Shown here: piece by piece, positions 19,074 through 28,088 of the stretch
Layout of the letters: every line of letters begins with the position of its first letter
How positions within the stretch are numbered: the first letter of the stretch is position 1
Origin: SAR202 cluster bacterium
GTDB lineage: Bacteria; Chloroflexota; Dehalococcoidia; Lucifugimonadales; GCA-2719675
DNA: 64,000 bases
NCBI GenBank assembly: GCA_009392295.1
Contig: VFGW01000012.1
Location: 77,718-141,717 of the forward strand
Direction: 5' to 3'
The notes under the pieces: model-generated
The model's input: the letters and a program-made list of their open reading frames with translations, nothing else
Database searches by the model: none
What the model was told of the DNA's origin: nothing
Made by a program: the position numbers and the translations under genes

Positions 19074-20979
19074 AATTCTAGGAATAGACCTTGGAACAAC
19101 TAATTCTTGCATGGCAATCATAGAAGCAGGAGATCAAAAAGTTTTAGAAAATAGTGAAGGAGCTAGAACTACGCCTTCAGTAATCGGTTTAAACACAAAA
19201 ACTGAAGAAAGATACGTAGGGCTGACTGCAAAAAGACAATCAATTACAAACCCTGAAAATACAATATTTTCTGTAAAAAGATTAATGGGCAAAAAATACC
19301 AAGATAAAAGTGTACAAGATATATCAAAATCTGTCCCATTTGAAATTGTAAAACATACAAATGGTGATGCTTATGTGAAAATGGGTGAAAAAAATCATGC
19401 CCCTCCAGAAATATCCGCAATGATATTACAAAAATTAAAACAAGATGCCGAAGCTAAAATTGGTGAAAATATCACACAGGCTGTAATCACAGTCCCTGCA
19501 TATTTCAATGATAGCCAAAGAAATGCTACAAAAGATGCAGGTAAAATTGCTGGACTTGAAGTACTAAGAATTATAAATGAGCCTACCGCAGCTTCTTTAG
19601 CATATGGCCTTGATAAAAAAACTGATCAAACAATTGCAGTATACGATTTAGGCGGCGGAACATTTGATATCACAATTTTACAAATTGGCGACGGTGTATT
19701 TGAAGTTAAATCTACAAATGGAGATACAAATCTAGGTGGAGATGACTTCGATGAAATATTAATCAAATGGATTATAGAAGAATTCAAAAAGGAACAAGCA
19801 ATTGATTTAACTAATGATCGAATGGCCTTACAAAGATTACGAGAAGCAGCTGAAAGAGCAAAAATAGAACTGTCTACTTTAACTCAAACTGAAATAAATC
19901 TTCCTTTTATAACTGCTGATTCATCAGGCCCAAAACATTTGATAATGAATCTTACCAGATCAAAATTTGAACAATTAGTTTCAGGTCTAATAGAAAAAAC
20001 CCTGTCTCCATGTAAAAAAGCTTTAAAAGATGCAGGTATTACTGCAAATAAAATTGATGAAGTTGTTTTAGTAGGTGGAATGACTAGAATGCCTGCAATA
20101 CAGGAAAAAGTTCAAAATTTATTCACTAAAGAAGCGCACCAAGGAGTTAATCCTGATGAGGTTGTTGCTATTGGTGCTGCAATCCAAGGAGGAGTCCTTC
20201 AAGGTGACATTCAAGATCTGTTATTACTAGATGTAACTCCCTTAACATTAGGCATTGAAACATTAGGAGGAGTTACTACTTCGTTGATTCCTAGAAACAC
20301 AACGATACCTACCGCAAAAACAGAAACATTTTCAACAGCTGCAGATAATCAAACCAGTGTTGAAGTACACGTACTGCAAGGTGAACGTACAATGTCTAAT
20401 GAAAACAAAACTATTGGCCGTTTCATGCTAGATGGTATAGTGCCTGCCCCTAGAGGTGTCCCACAGATTGAAGTGACATTCGATATAGATGCCAATGGAA
20501 TATTAAACGTTTCTGCAAAAGATAAAGGTACAGGGAAAGAACAAAAAATCACTATCACTGCAAGTTCAGGAATTACTGAAGAAGAAATTGAAAAAATGGT
20601 TAATGAAGCTGAAGAACATGCCGAAAGTGATAAAGAAAAAAGAGAAGCAATAGAATTAAAAAATAATGCCGAAAATATTGCTTATTCTGCAGAAAAACTA
20701 ATCTCGGATAATGCTGAAAAAATTGAAGACGAAGATAAAACTCAACTTGAAACAGATATTAAAGCACTTCGAGATATCTTGGGTGATGAAAATTCAGACA
20801 ACTCTCAAATTCAAGAAAAAATAGACAATTTACAGACAACCATGCAAAATGTTGGTGGAAAAATTTATGCCACTCAACAAGAAAGTAGCGAAGCTACAAC
20901 CGAAAATACTGATGAAGAAAATGATTCTAAAGAAAAAGAGGATGACAATACAGTAGATGGAGAATTTAAAGAAGTTTAA
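19066..20979 (+). CDS. dnaK: Chaperone DnaK (Hsp70)
   Basis: Motifs [18 protein letters not shown] and [10 protein letters not shown] are present. I placed the start at ATG 19066 ([10 protein letters not shown]), with AGGAGG at 19051-19056. The ORF-track start at 19033 adds 11 non-conserved residues. Confidence 0.95.
   Translation: MPKILGIDLGTTNSCMAIIEAGDQKVLENSEGARTTPSVIGLNTKTEERYVGLTAKRQSITNPENTIFSVKRLMGKKYQDKSVQDISKSVPFEIVKHTNGDAYVKMGEKNHAPPEISAMILQKLKQDAEAKIGENITQAVITVPAYFNDSQRNATKDAGKIAGLEVLRIINEPTAASLAYGLDKKTDQTIAVYDLGGGTFDITILQIGDGVFEVKSTNGDTNLGGDDFDEILIKWIIEEFKKEQAIDLTNDRMALQRLREAAERAKIELSTLTQTEINLPFITADSSGPKHLIMNLTRSKFEQLVSGLIEKTLSPCKKALKDAGITANKIDEVVLVGGMTRMPAIQEKVQNLFTKEAHQGVNPDEVVAIGAAIQGGVLQGDIQDLLLLDVTPLTLGIETLGGVTTSLIPRNTTIPTAKTETFSTAADNQTSVEVHVLQGERTMSNENKTIGRFMLDGIVPAPRGVPQIEVTFDIDANGILNVSAKDKGTGKEQKITITASSGITEEEIEKMVNEAEEHAESDKEKREAIELKNNAENIAYSAEKLISDNAEKIEDEDKTQLETDIKALRDILGDENSDNSQIQEKIDNLQTTMQNVGGKIYATQQESSEATTENTDEENDSKEKEDDNTVDGEFKEV
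20915..20940 (+). repeat. Copy 1 of a 26-nt exact direct repeat (AAGAAAATGATTCTAAAGAAAAAGAG), in the dnaK 3' end
   Basis: Identical to 21140-21165. Both copies are in frame and encode ENDSKEKE. Confidence 0.9.
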
Positions 20980-21012
20980 ACTCTTAAATAAAAAAGAATT
21001 TAATTTTTAATT

Positions 21013-21711
21013 ATGGAAAAAAACCATCAGTTTAATCGAGCAATAGAACACTCTCTCATTGTACGTTTCCCGAAACAACGTCTCGCAACTTTCGGATCAA
21101 CAAATATCAAGTATTATGTTCTTACAGAACCAGTATATCAAGAAAATGATTCTAAAGAAAAAGAGACCGTTATCCGCACTGGGAGAGTAATAGCTGAAAA
21201 ACCAAAAATCATTACTCCCCATTACGCTATGAATCTTGAAGGCTTCAGCCAAGATGCTTATCAATATTTCAACGACGTAATTGGTCAAAATGAAGGCAAT
21301 AATCCAGGAATTTTATACTCATATAAAAATGAAATTGGGGAAACCAATATTGTCCATGGATTTACAAATGAAGTAGCTGATAGAATTACCAATGATCTAA
21401 ATAAAAAGCAAGAAGAAATGTCCGTTGTAATAATTGGCCAAGATTCTTTATGGGACATAAGCATTCTGAAGTTCATATACGAGTTCACTGCTTCTTCTAT
21501 TTCAGAAAACTTGAAACAATTCCAATCAAAAGGATTACTCACTCCCCAACCTGCATATGGCGGAATTCCAAAAGGTGTAACTGAAAATATTGAAAATTTA
21601 TTTTCAGAAGTTAAAAACGGAGCAGACCCTAACATGTTAAAAAAAGAATTGGACAGATGGAATATATTTAACTATTATGAAGATAGGTTCTTAGACCTAT
21701 TTTCAAAATAA
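21013..21711 (+). CDS. Hypothetical protein (232 aa) in the position usually held by dnaJ
   Basis: A long ORF in coding-like context 33 nt after dnaK. I recognise no J-domain HPD motif or any other family. Confidence 0.55.
   Translation: MEKNHQFNRAIEHSLIVRFPKQRLATFGSTNIKYYVLTEPVYQENDSKEKETVIRTGRVIAEKPKIITPHYAMNLEGFSQDAYQYFNDVIGQNEGNNPGILYSYKNEIGETNIVHGFTNEVADRITNDLNKKQEEMSVVIIGQDSLWDISILKFIYEFTASSISENLKQFQSKGLLTPQPAYGGIPKGVTENIENLFSEVKNGADPNMLKKELDRWNIFNYYEDRFLDLFSK
21140..21165 (+). repeat. Copy 2 of the 26-nt exact direct repeat, inside the hypothetical gene
   Basis: Identical to 20915-20940. Confidence 0.9.
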
Positions 21712-21808
21712 CATAATTCTAATTGTAATAATAATATATATAATAGAAGTAATATGTTACAATTTGTTTTCAAATAATAAACTCATAATTTTGGTGACTA
21801 CATTATAA

Positions 21809-22864
21809 ATGAACAGACCTCCTGAACCAGAAATAGATTTGAATAAATTACTCGGATCAATTTTTGGTGGCAAAAACAATAACAATAAAGGTAATAAAAA
21901 AAGCAATCCAAAAAGATTGTTATTTATAGAAATTGTTGTCCTAATTATAGCAATCTCCCTATGGGGTGCCAGTGGATTTTATCAAGTACAACCTGGTGAA
22001 CAAGCTGCTTTACAATGGCTCGGAAAATTTACCTCCGTTCAAGGAACTGGACTCCATTGGTGGTATCCAGCACCATTGGGCAAAAAGACTGTTGTTTCTG
22101 TTGAAGAGATCCGAAGGCTAGAAATTGGATTTAGAGATGATACTGATGTCCCTGATGAATCTTTAATGATTACTGGTGATGAAAATATTGTTGATGCCCA
22201 ACTTTTGGTTCAATTTGATATCTCTTCTATCGAAAAATTCCTTTTTAAAACAACTGACCCTGCTGGCATCATACTCAAGAGTGCTGCAGAATCATCTTTA
22301 AGGCAAGTGGTAGGCCAACGCAACATTGACGATGTGCTAACAACGGAAAAAGAGGCTGTTCAGTCTGAGACAAAAATTCTGCTTCAAAGACTTATGGATA
22401 GATATGACACCGGTATAAGAATTCGAGAAATCAAATTACAAACAGTTCGCCCACCTAATCAAGTGCAAGATGCATTTGACGATGTAGTTCGAGCTAGAGA
22501 AGATAAAGAGAAAATTATCAACTTGGCCCAGGCTTATGAAGCTGACGTTTTACCCAAGGCAAAAGGTTCAGCTACAAAGCTTATTCGAGAAGCTGAGGCA
22601 TACAAACAACGACGAATAAATATTGCTACAGGTAAAGCTGATAAATTTTTAGCGATTTTGACTGAGTATAAAAAAGCTCCAAATGTTACCAGAACAAGAT
22701 TATATTTAGAAGCTATAGAAAATTTTCTTCCTGACATTAACAAAATTTTAGTACCAGATAATCTTAACTTAGTTTTAGTTAATAGCGAAGATTCTAGTAA
22801 ACAACTACTACCATTATCTCCTCCGATAAACCAAACATCTGACGATACATCTGGAGGTGATTAA
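21809..22864 (+). CDS. hflK: SPFH/band-7 protein HflK
   Basis: 351 aa. It has an N-terminal TM segment and an SPFH domain (VQPGEQAALQWLGKF...), and is followed by hflC. Confidence 0.85.
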   Translation: MNRPPEPEIDLNKLLGSIFGGKNNNNKGNKKSNPKRLLFIEIVVLIIAISLWGASGFYQVQPGEQAALQWLGKFTSVQGTGLHWWYPAPLGKKTVVSVEEIRRLEIGFRDDTDVPDESLMITGDENIVDAQLLVQFDISSIEKFLFKTTDPAGIILKSAAESSLRQVVGQRNIDDVLTTEKEAVQSETKILLQRLMDRYDTGIRIREIKLQTVRPPNQVQDAFDDVVRAREDKEKIINLAQAYEADVLPKAKGSATKLIREAEAYKQRRINIATGKADKFLAILTEYKKAPNVTRTRLYLEAIENFLPDINKILVPDNLNLVLVNSEDSSKQLLPLSPPINQTSDDTSGGD

Positions 22865-23732
22865 TTATATTATGAGATTTTTGACAATATTTTTACCACT
22901 ATTAATTTTCATATCTGTAGTTGTAGCAGGACAAACATTATTTATAGTTGATGAAACAGAAACTGCAATTGTAACTCGATTTGGTGATCCAATTAGACCT
23001 TCAATCCAATCTCCTGGGTTATATGCTAAAACACCATTTATTGATACTGTCACAAAATTTGACAAAAGAAACACCTTATTTGATGCAGCCCCAGATTCTT
23101 TATTAACATCAGATAAAAAGAGATTGATAATTGATGCCTATGCAATTGGTAAAATTGTTGATCCTCTTCAATTTTTCAAAACTGTAAAAACTCCTAGCGG
23201 GGCTATAACTGCCGCCACAGGAATTATAGCATCTGATTTAAGAAGTGAAATTGCTAATGATCTCCAAATAGATGTTATAAAAACTAATAGAGAAAAAATT
23301 ATGGAAGCAGTAACTATTGCTTCGTATGCAAAAATAGTTGACTTTGGTATAGATATAACTGATATCAGAATTAAAAGGGCTGATTTTCCAGATGAAACTT
23401 TATCTGCTATATATGACAGGATGAGAGCTGAAAGAGCTAGAAAAGCAAACGAAGAGCGTGCGGAAGGTGAAAAACGAAGCTTAGAAATTCGTGCTGAAGT
23501 AGACAAACAAGCTACTGTGATAGAATCTGAAGCTATCCAAAAATCAAATCAAATAATTGGTGAAGGTGATGCTCAAGCTGCTAATATCTTCTCTAATGCT
23601 TTAAATAAAGACCCAGAGTTTTATGACTTCACAAAATCATTAGAAATTTATGAAGCAATATTAAAAACCAATTCAACTATAGTTTTATCAACAGATAGTT
23701 CTTTATTCAAATTTCTAACTGCAAACGAATAG
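22857..23732 (+). CDS. hflC: SPFH/band-7 protein HflC
   Basis: 291 aa with an N-terminal TM segment and an SPFH domain. The track start is the GTG at 22857. An alternative ATG at 22872 follows GGAGGTGA. Confidence 0.85.
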   Translation: MINYIMRFLTIFLPLLIFISVVVAGQTLFIVDETETAIVTRFGDPIRPSIQSPGLYAKTPFIDTVTKFDKRNTLFDAAPDSLLTSDKKRLIIDAYAIGKIVDPLQFFKTVKTPSGAITAATGIIASDLRSEIANDLQIDVIKTNREKIMEAVTIASYAKIVDFGIDITDIRIKRADFPDETLSAIYDRMRAERARKANEERAEGEKRSLEIRAEVDKQATVIESEAIQKSNQIIGEGDAQAANIFSNALNKDPEFYDFTKSLEIYEAILKTNSTIVLSTDSSLFKFLTANE

Positions 23733-23826
23733 TTTCTAGATAAGTTTTAATTGATTTTAATTAATTGATCAAAAATTCATTGTATGATCATTTTTTTTTT
23801 AAGTTTTCTTAATATAAACTTGATGA

Positions 23827-24327
23827 ATGAATAACTTTTCTATTAATATTCAAATTCAAAATCAATATCAAGATAAATCACTACATGATTTGTTGCACCT
23901 AGTTGCGTCAACTACTTTATCTAAATTCTTTAATGCCACCCAAAATATTTCTTTAGATATTATCATTGCAAATAACAAAATATTACATGATTTAAATATG
24001 GAATTTATGGGTGAAAACTCAACAACAGACGTTTTAGCATTCCCAACTAAATATTCAAAATCTGAACAATTATATTCAATGAATTCTAAAATCAACTTTT
24101 TAAACAAAAATATCAACCAAGTATCCATCGGAGAAGTATATATATCATACCCTCAAGCAAAAAAACAATCCAAACTACACTGTCATACCCTAGATGAAGA
24201 GATCACAATTTTGATTGTACATGGTATTCTACATATATTGGGTTTTGATCATAGGACTATAAAAGAAAATTTTGAAATGATACATGCTACAAAATTTATA
24301 CTGAATCAAATAAGCAAAAAAGGGTAA
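23827..24327 (+). CDS. ybeY: rRNA maturation endoribonuclease YbeY
   Basis: 166 aa with the zinc-binding signature HGILHILGFDH. Confidence 0.88.
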   Translation: MNNFSINIQIQNQYQDKSLHDLLHLVASTTLSKFFNATQNISLDIIIANNKILHDLNMEFMGENSTTDVLAFPTKYSKSEQLYSMNSKINFLNKNINQVSIGEVYISYPQAKKQSKLHCHTLDEEITILIVHGILHILGFDHRTIKENFEMIHATKFILNQISKKG

Positions 24328-24338
24328 TTGACTTTATC

Positions 24339-25982
24339 ATGAAAGAAGTTTTATATAGGAAATGGCGCCCAAAAAACCTTAATCAAGTTGTTGGACAAGA
24401 ACATATCGTTACAACATTAGAATATGCTATTCAACAAAATAGACTAGCTCATGCATATTTATTCTGTGGCCCTAGAGGAACTGGTAAAACCAGTACAGCT
24501 AGAATCCTTGCAAAATCTATTAATTGCAAAGCACCTATTAACAACCAACCTGATGACACTTGTGATATATGTATTTCTTTTAACAAATCTGAAACTTTAG
24601 ACCTTATCGAAATAGATGCAGCCAGTAATCGAGGAATTGAAGATATTAGAAATATCAAAGAAAAAATTTATACTCTACCAACACAATCAAAATTCAAAAT
24701 TTATATAATAGATGAAGCGCATATGTTGACTGATCCAGCATTTAATGCACTGCTTAAGACTTTAGAAGAACCTCCACAGCATGTAATTTTTATTTTAGCT
24801 ACAACTGAATCACATAAATTACCTTTAACAATTATCTCGAGGTGTCAAAGATTTGATTTTAAACGAATTTCAATCGAAACCATAATTGCTAAACTAAATC
24901 AACTTTGTGTTTCTGAAAATATCACTATCTCAAATGAAGCTCTTCAGCTAATTGCGAAAAAATCCTCAGGTAGTTTGCGAGATGCTGAAAATCTATTGGA
25001 ACAAGCAATCATTTCCTACGGAAATTCTATTTCAGAGACACAGATTTCATCATTCTTAGACTTAAATACAAATAATTCTGAAGTTGATTTGGTAACTAGT
25101 TTAATTACAAAAAATATTTCTGAAGGCTTAAAAATAATCATTGATTTTTGTGATTCAGGAGGCAATGTCAAACAATTTAACAATCAAATAGTTGAACTAT
25201 TAAGAACTATTACATTAGCTAAAGCTGGGGTAAACACAGCTCAAATTTATAATCAAGATATACAAAAACATATAATCAAATTAGCTAATTTATCTAAATT
25301 AGAATCGTTAAGTAAAATTACAAAAATTTTCTCAGAACCTTTATTGAACAACAACGAATCAAATTCTCTTAATTTAGAACTAGCATTTATTCAATGTCAT
25401 TCACTGATTCATAAAGACTCCAATCAAACCAATATCATACAAGAGAATCATAACTCAAAAAATCCACAATCTAATCAACAAAATACAGCTGTTGTAAATG
25501 AAAAAAATCAAAACTTAACACCTGCAATCACTACAGAAAAGAATCATAACTCAAAAAATCCACAATCTAATCAACAAAATACAGCTGTTGTAAATGAAAA
25601 AAATCAAAACTTAACACCTGCAATCACTACAGAAAATTGGAAAACTATTCTTTCTAAATTACGCAAAAAAGGATCAAGATTTGATTTGTCAGCTTTATTA
25701 AGAGCAACTACAGAAAGAAAAATTGAAAACAATGAAATCATATTAACTTACTCTCATGCTTCGCATTTAGAACGTATGATTACCGAACTAGAACAAATAG
25801 ATACTAAAAAGATTTTCAACACCACATTCTCACAAGTTTTAGGAAAAGAATTTAAAATAGTTCATACTACAAATGTAGAAAACAATAAAAATAATCATCA
25901 TCAATTAAAAAGTCCCCTAGTAAAAGCTGCTCTAGCTAAAGGAGCACAAGTTTTAGATGCAAAGGAAATATCAAATGAATAG
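24339..25982 (+). CDS. dnaX: DNA polymerase III subunit tau/gamma
   Basis: 547 aa. It has Walker A GPRGTGKTS, Walker B IIDEAHML, and SRCQRF. Confidence 0.92.
   Translation: MKEVLYRKWRPKNLNQVVGQEHIVTTLEYAIQQNRLAHAYLFCGPRGTGKTSTARILAKSINCKAPINNQPDDTCDICISFNKSETLDLIEIDAASNRGIEDIRNIKEKIYTLPTQSKFKIYIIDEAHMLTDPAFNALLKTLEEPPQHVIFILATTESHKLPLTIISRCQRFDFKRISIETIIAKLNQLCVSENITISNEALQLIAKKSSGSLRDAENLLEQAIISYGNSISETQISSFLDLNTNNSEVDLVTSLITKNISEGLKIIIDFCDSGGNVKQFNNQIVELLRTITLAKAGVNTAQIYNQDIQKHIIKLANLSKLESLSKITKIFSEPLLNNNESNSLNLELAFIQCHSLIHKDSNQTNIIQENHNSKNPQSNQQNTAVVNEKNQNLTPAITTEKNHNSKNPQSNQQNTAVVNEKNQNLTPAITTENWKTILSKLRKKGSRFDLSALLRATTERKIENNEIILTYSHASHLERMITELEQIDTKKIFNTTFSQVLGKEFKIVHTTNVENNKNNHHQLKSPLVKAALAKGAQVLDAKEISNE
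25444..25635 (+). repeat. Perfect tandem duplication, 2 x 96 bp, inside the dnaX linker region
   Basis: 25444-25539 is identical to 25540-25635. The period was checked from GAATCATAAC at 25445 and 25541. It encodes a duplicated 32-aa unit (...NHNSKNPQSNQQNTAVVNEKNQNLTPAITTE...). Confidence 0.92.
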
Positions 25983-26295
25983 AAAAATGCTACGTCAAGC
26001 ACAAAAACAAAGTGAGAAATTCCAAAAAGACATGGCTAAAATGCAACAAAAACTAGATAGTGAAAAAGTTGAAACAAGCGTAGGTGGTGGCATGGTGAAA
26101 GCAATCATAAATGGCAATATGAAACTTACTTCTTTGCATATTGATCCTGAAGTAATTGATCCAAATGACGTTGAAATGCTACAGGATCTTATAGTCACTG
26201 CAATCAATGATGGGATTGAACAAATACAAGAAATTTCAAACAAAAAAATGTCATCAATCACATCTGGGTTAAATATCCCAGGATTAAATATTTAA
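25975..26295 (+). CDS. ybaB: Nucleoid-associated protein YbaB/EbfC
   Basis: It begins MNRKMLRQAQKQSEKFQKDMAKMQQ and continues ...GGGMVKAIINGNMKL. I chose the ATG at 25975, with AAGGAA about 7 nt upstream. The track start at 25957 is also possible. Confidence 0.85.
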   Translation: MNRKMLRQAQKQSEKFQKDMAKMQQKLDSEKVETSVGGGMVKAIINGNMKLTSLHIDPEVIDPNDVEMLQDLIVTAINDGIEQIQEISNKKMSSITSGLNIPGLNI

Positions 26296-26307
26296 ATAAA
26301 TAATCAC

Positions 26308-26919
26308 ATGGAAAATGACAATACTACTTCAAATGTAATCACTAATTTAATCACTGAATTTAGTAAACTTCCTGGAATAGGTCCTAAATCTGCCCAAAGA
26401 TTAACTTACTATATGGTTAAAATAACCAAAGACCAAGCTTTCAATTTATCAAAAGCTATTGCCGAATTAAAAGAAAAAATTTTATCATGTTCCGAATGTT
26501 TTAATATCACTGAACAATCTCCTTGCGGAATTTGTTCTTCTGAAACCAGAGACACTTCTATAATATGTGTAGTTGAACAACCAATAGATGTAATCCATAT
26601 AGAACGTACTGGTGTATATAACGGACTATATCACGTTTTAAATGGTGTTATTTCTCCAATTAATGGGATCGGTCCCGAAAATTTAAAAATCAATGAATTT
26701 TTTCAAAGAATTTTTTCATTGCAAATTAAAGAAGTTATATTAGCTACTAATCCAAGCATGGAAGGTGAAGTAACATCTATGTATATAAATAACTTCCTTT
26801 CAGAAAAAAATATTAAAACTAGTGTATTAGCTAGAGGATTACCAATAGGTAGCGACCTGGAATACACTGATGACCTTACATTAGTAAAAGCTTTAGAAGG
26901 CAGAAAATTGTTGGAATAA
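26308..26919 (+). CDS. recR: Recombination protein RecR
   Basis: 203 aa. It has a helix-hairpin-helix (LPGIGPKSAQRL), a C4 zinc finger (CSECFNITEQSPCGICS) and a Toprim region. Confidence 0.92.
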   Translation: MENDNTTSNVITNLITEFSKLPGIGPKSAQRLTYYMVKITKDQAFNLSKAIAELKEKILSCSECFNITEQSPCGICSSETRDTSIICVVEQPIDVIHIERTGVYNGLYHVLNGVISPINGIGPENLKINEFFQRIFSLQIKEVILATNPSMEGEVTSMYINNFLSEKNIKTSVLARGLPIGSDLEYTDDLTLVKALEGRKLLE

Positions 26920-26931
26920 TTTAATTGACAA

Positions 26932-27723
26932 ATGGTTAGAAACATCCAAAAAACTGAAGGAATTGTAATTAAACATATTCCAATTGGAGAAGCAGACAGA
27001 ATAGTCTCTTTAATATCACCATCCATAGGCAAAATACGTGCAGTTGCCAGAGGCTCTAGAAAGCCAAAAAGTAAAATGGGTGGCCATTTAACACCTATAT
27101 CACATGTAAAACTATCAATTGCAACGACCAAAACTATAGACCAAATTACTGAAGTAGAAACTATAGAAAGCTTCAGAAAAATAAAAGAAGATTTATCCCT
27201 ATTATCCAAAGCTTCATACATGGCTGAACTAGCAGAAAGCTTTGTGCAAGAAGAAAATGAATCAAAACAAATTTTTTATCTATTATTAAAGTGTTTAAAT
27301 CTATTACAAATTGTCCCAGATACAGAAATTTTAATTAAATTCTTTGAACTCAAATTGTTTTCTCTGTCTGGATTTAAACCTGAAATGATTATTTGTTCTG
27401 AATGCGGTATAAAATTAACTCCAAGCAGTTATAAATTCAACTTTGAATCTGGGGGCTTATTATGTAGTAAATGTACTCTGGAAATTCATTCCCCCGGAGA
27501 AAAATTATCTATAAATTCAATAAAATTAATTAGATTCATCCAAAATGAAAATTTTGAAAAAATTTCACAACTTAATTCAACAAAAAATTTATTAGATGAA
27601 ATTGAAATAGTCATTTCTAAATATTTAAAATCAATTCTTGATAAAGAACTAAAAAGCAAACCATTTCTAGACCTTGTCGCCAAACAAACAAAACACTCAA
27701 TACAAAGTAAAAAAATCCGATGA
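26932..27723 (+). CDS. recO: DNA repair protein RecO
   Basis: 263 aa. It has an N-terminal OB fold (EGIVIKHIPIGEADRIV) and a zinc finger CSECG...CSKC. Confidence 0.85.
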   Translation: MVRNIQKTEGIVIKHIPIGEADRIVSLISPSIGKIRAVARGSRKPKSKMGGHLTPISHVKLSIATTKTIDQITEVETIESFRKIKEDLSLLSKASYMAELAESFVQEENESKQIFYLLLKCLNLLQIVPDTEILIKFFELKLFSLSGFKPEMIICSECGIKLTPSSYKFNFESGGLLCSKCTLEIHSPGEKLSINSIKLIRFIQNENFEKISQLNSTKNLLDEIEIVISKYLKSILDKELKSKPFLDLVAKQTKHSIQSKKIR

Positions 27724-28064
27724 CTTCCACATTTATCGAAGATTTAAATTCAACTTCATTAAATTCTATCCAAAATGGCGATATTGGCATCCCTAAATTT
27801 ATCAGATATATTGCTATAGTTAATCAGAGCCAGAAACTTAAAAAATATGAAAAAATAATACAAGACTTCACTAGATCTTCATTTTTGAAAAATGAAACTC
27901 AAAATATTAAAGTTAACGACAAATCTACCTATATTACAAAATTACTAAAATGGGATTCCGGTCAAGGAGCCATAATCACTATCTCAATTGATAAAATCAA
28001 CCTCTCTGAAAGGTTCGACGTACTTATTATTGGGAGCAACGGCAGTATTTATCATTCTACATAA
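27720..28064 (+). CDS. Hypothetical protein (114 aa), start overlaps the recO stop (ATGA)
   Basis: The ORF has a 4-nt overlap with recO. Its tail ...RFDVLIIGSNGSIY loosely resembles the C-terminal end of Gfo/Idh/MocA proteins. Confidence 0.4.
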   Translation: MTSTFIEDLNSTSLNSIQNGDIGIPKFIRYIAIVNQSQKLKKYEKIIQDFTRSSFLKNETQNIKVNDKSTYITKLLKWDSGQGAIITISIDKINLSERFDVLIIGSNGSIYHST

Positions 28065-28088
28065 ATAGCACATATAGGATATCAATAT

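Noticed and set aside
23766-23800. A possible terminator after hflC: TGATCA...TGATCA followed by T10.
   Set aside because: It has only a 6-bp AT-rich stem with a 13-nt loop. That is too weak to call, and the T-run alone is unremarkable in this genome.
26703-27221. A 172-aa minus-strand ORF spanning the recR/recO junction.
   Set aside because: It is antisense to two well-supported genes, has no RBS and has a hydrophobic composition typical of antisense frames in AT-rich coding DNA. The same reasoning applies to the antisense ORFs at 4473-4814, 21285-21635, 23168-23506, 35722-36168, 41017-41358 and 46397-46846.
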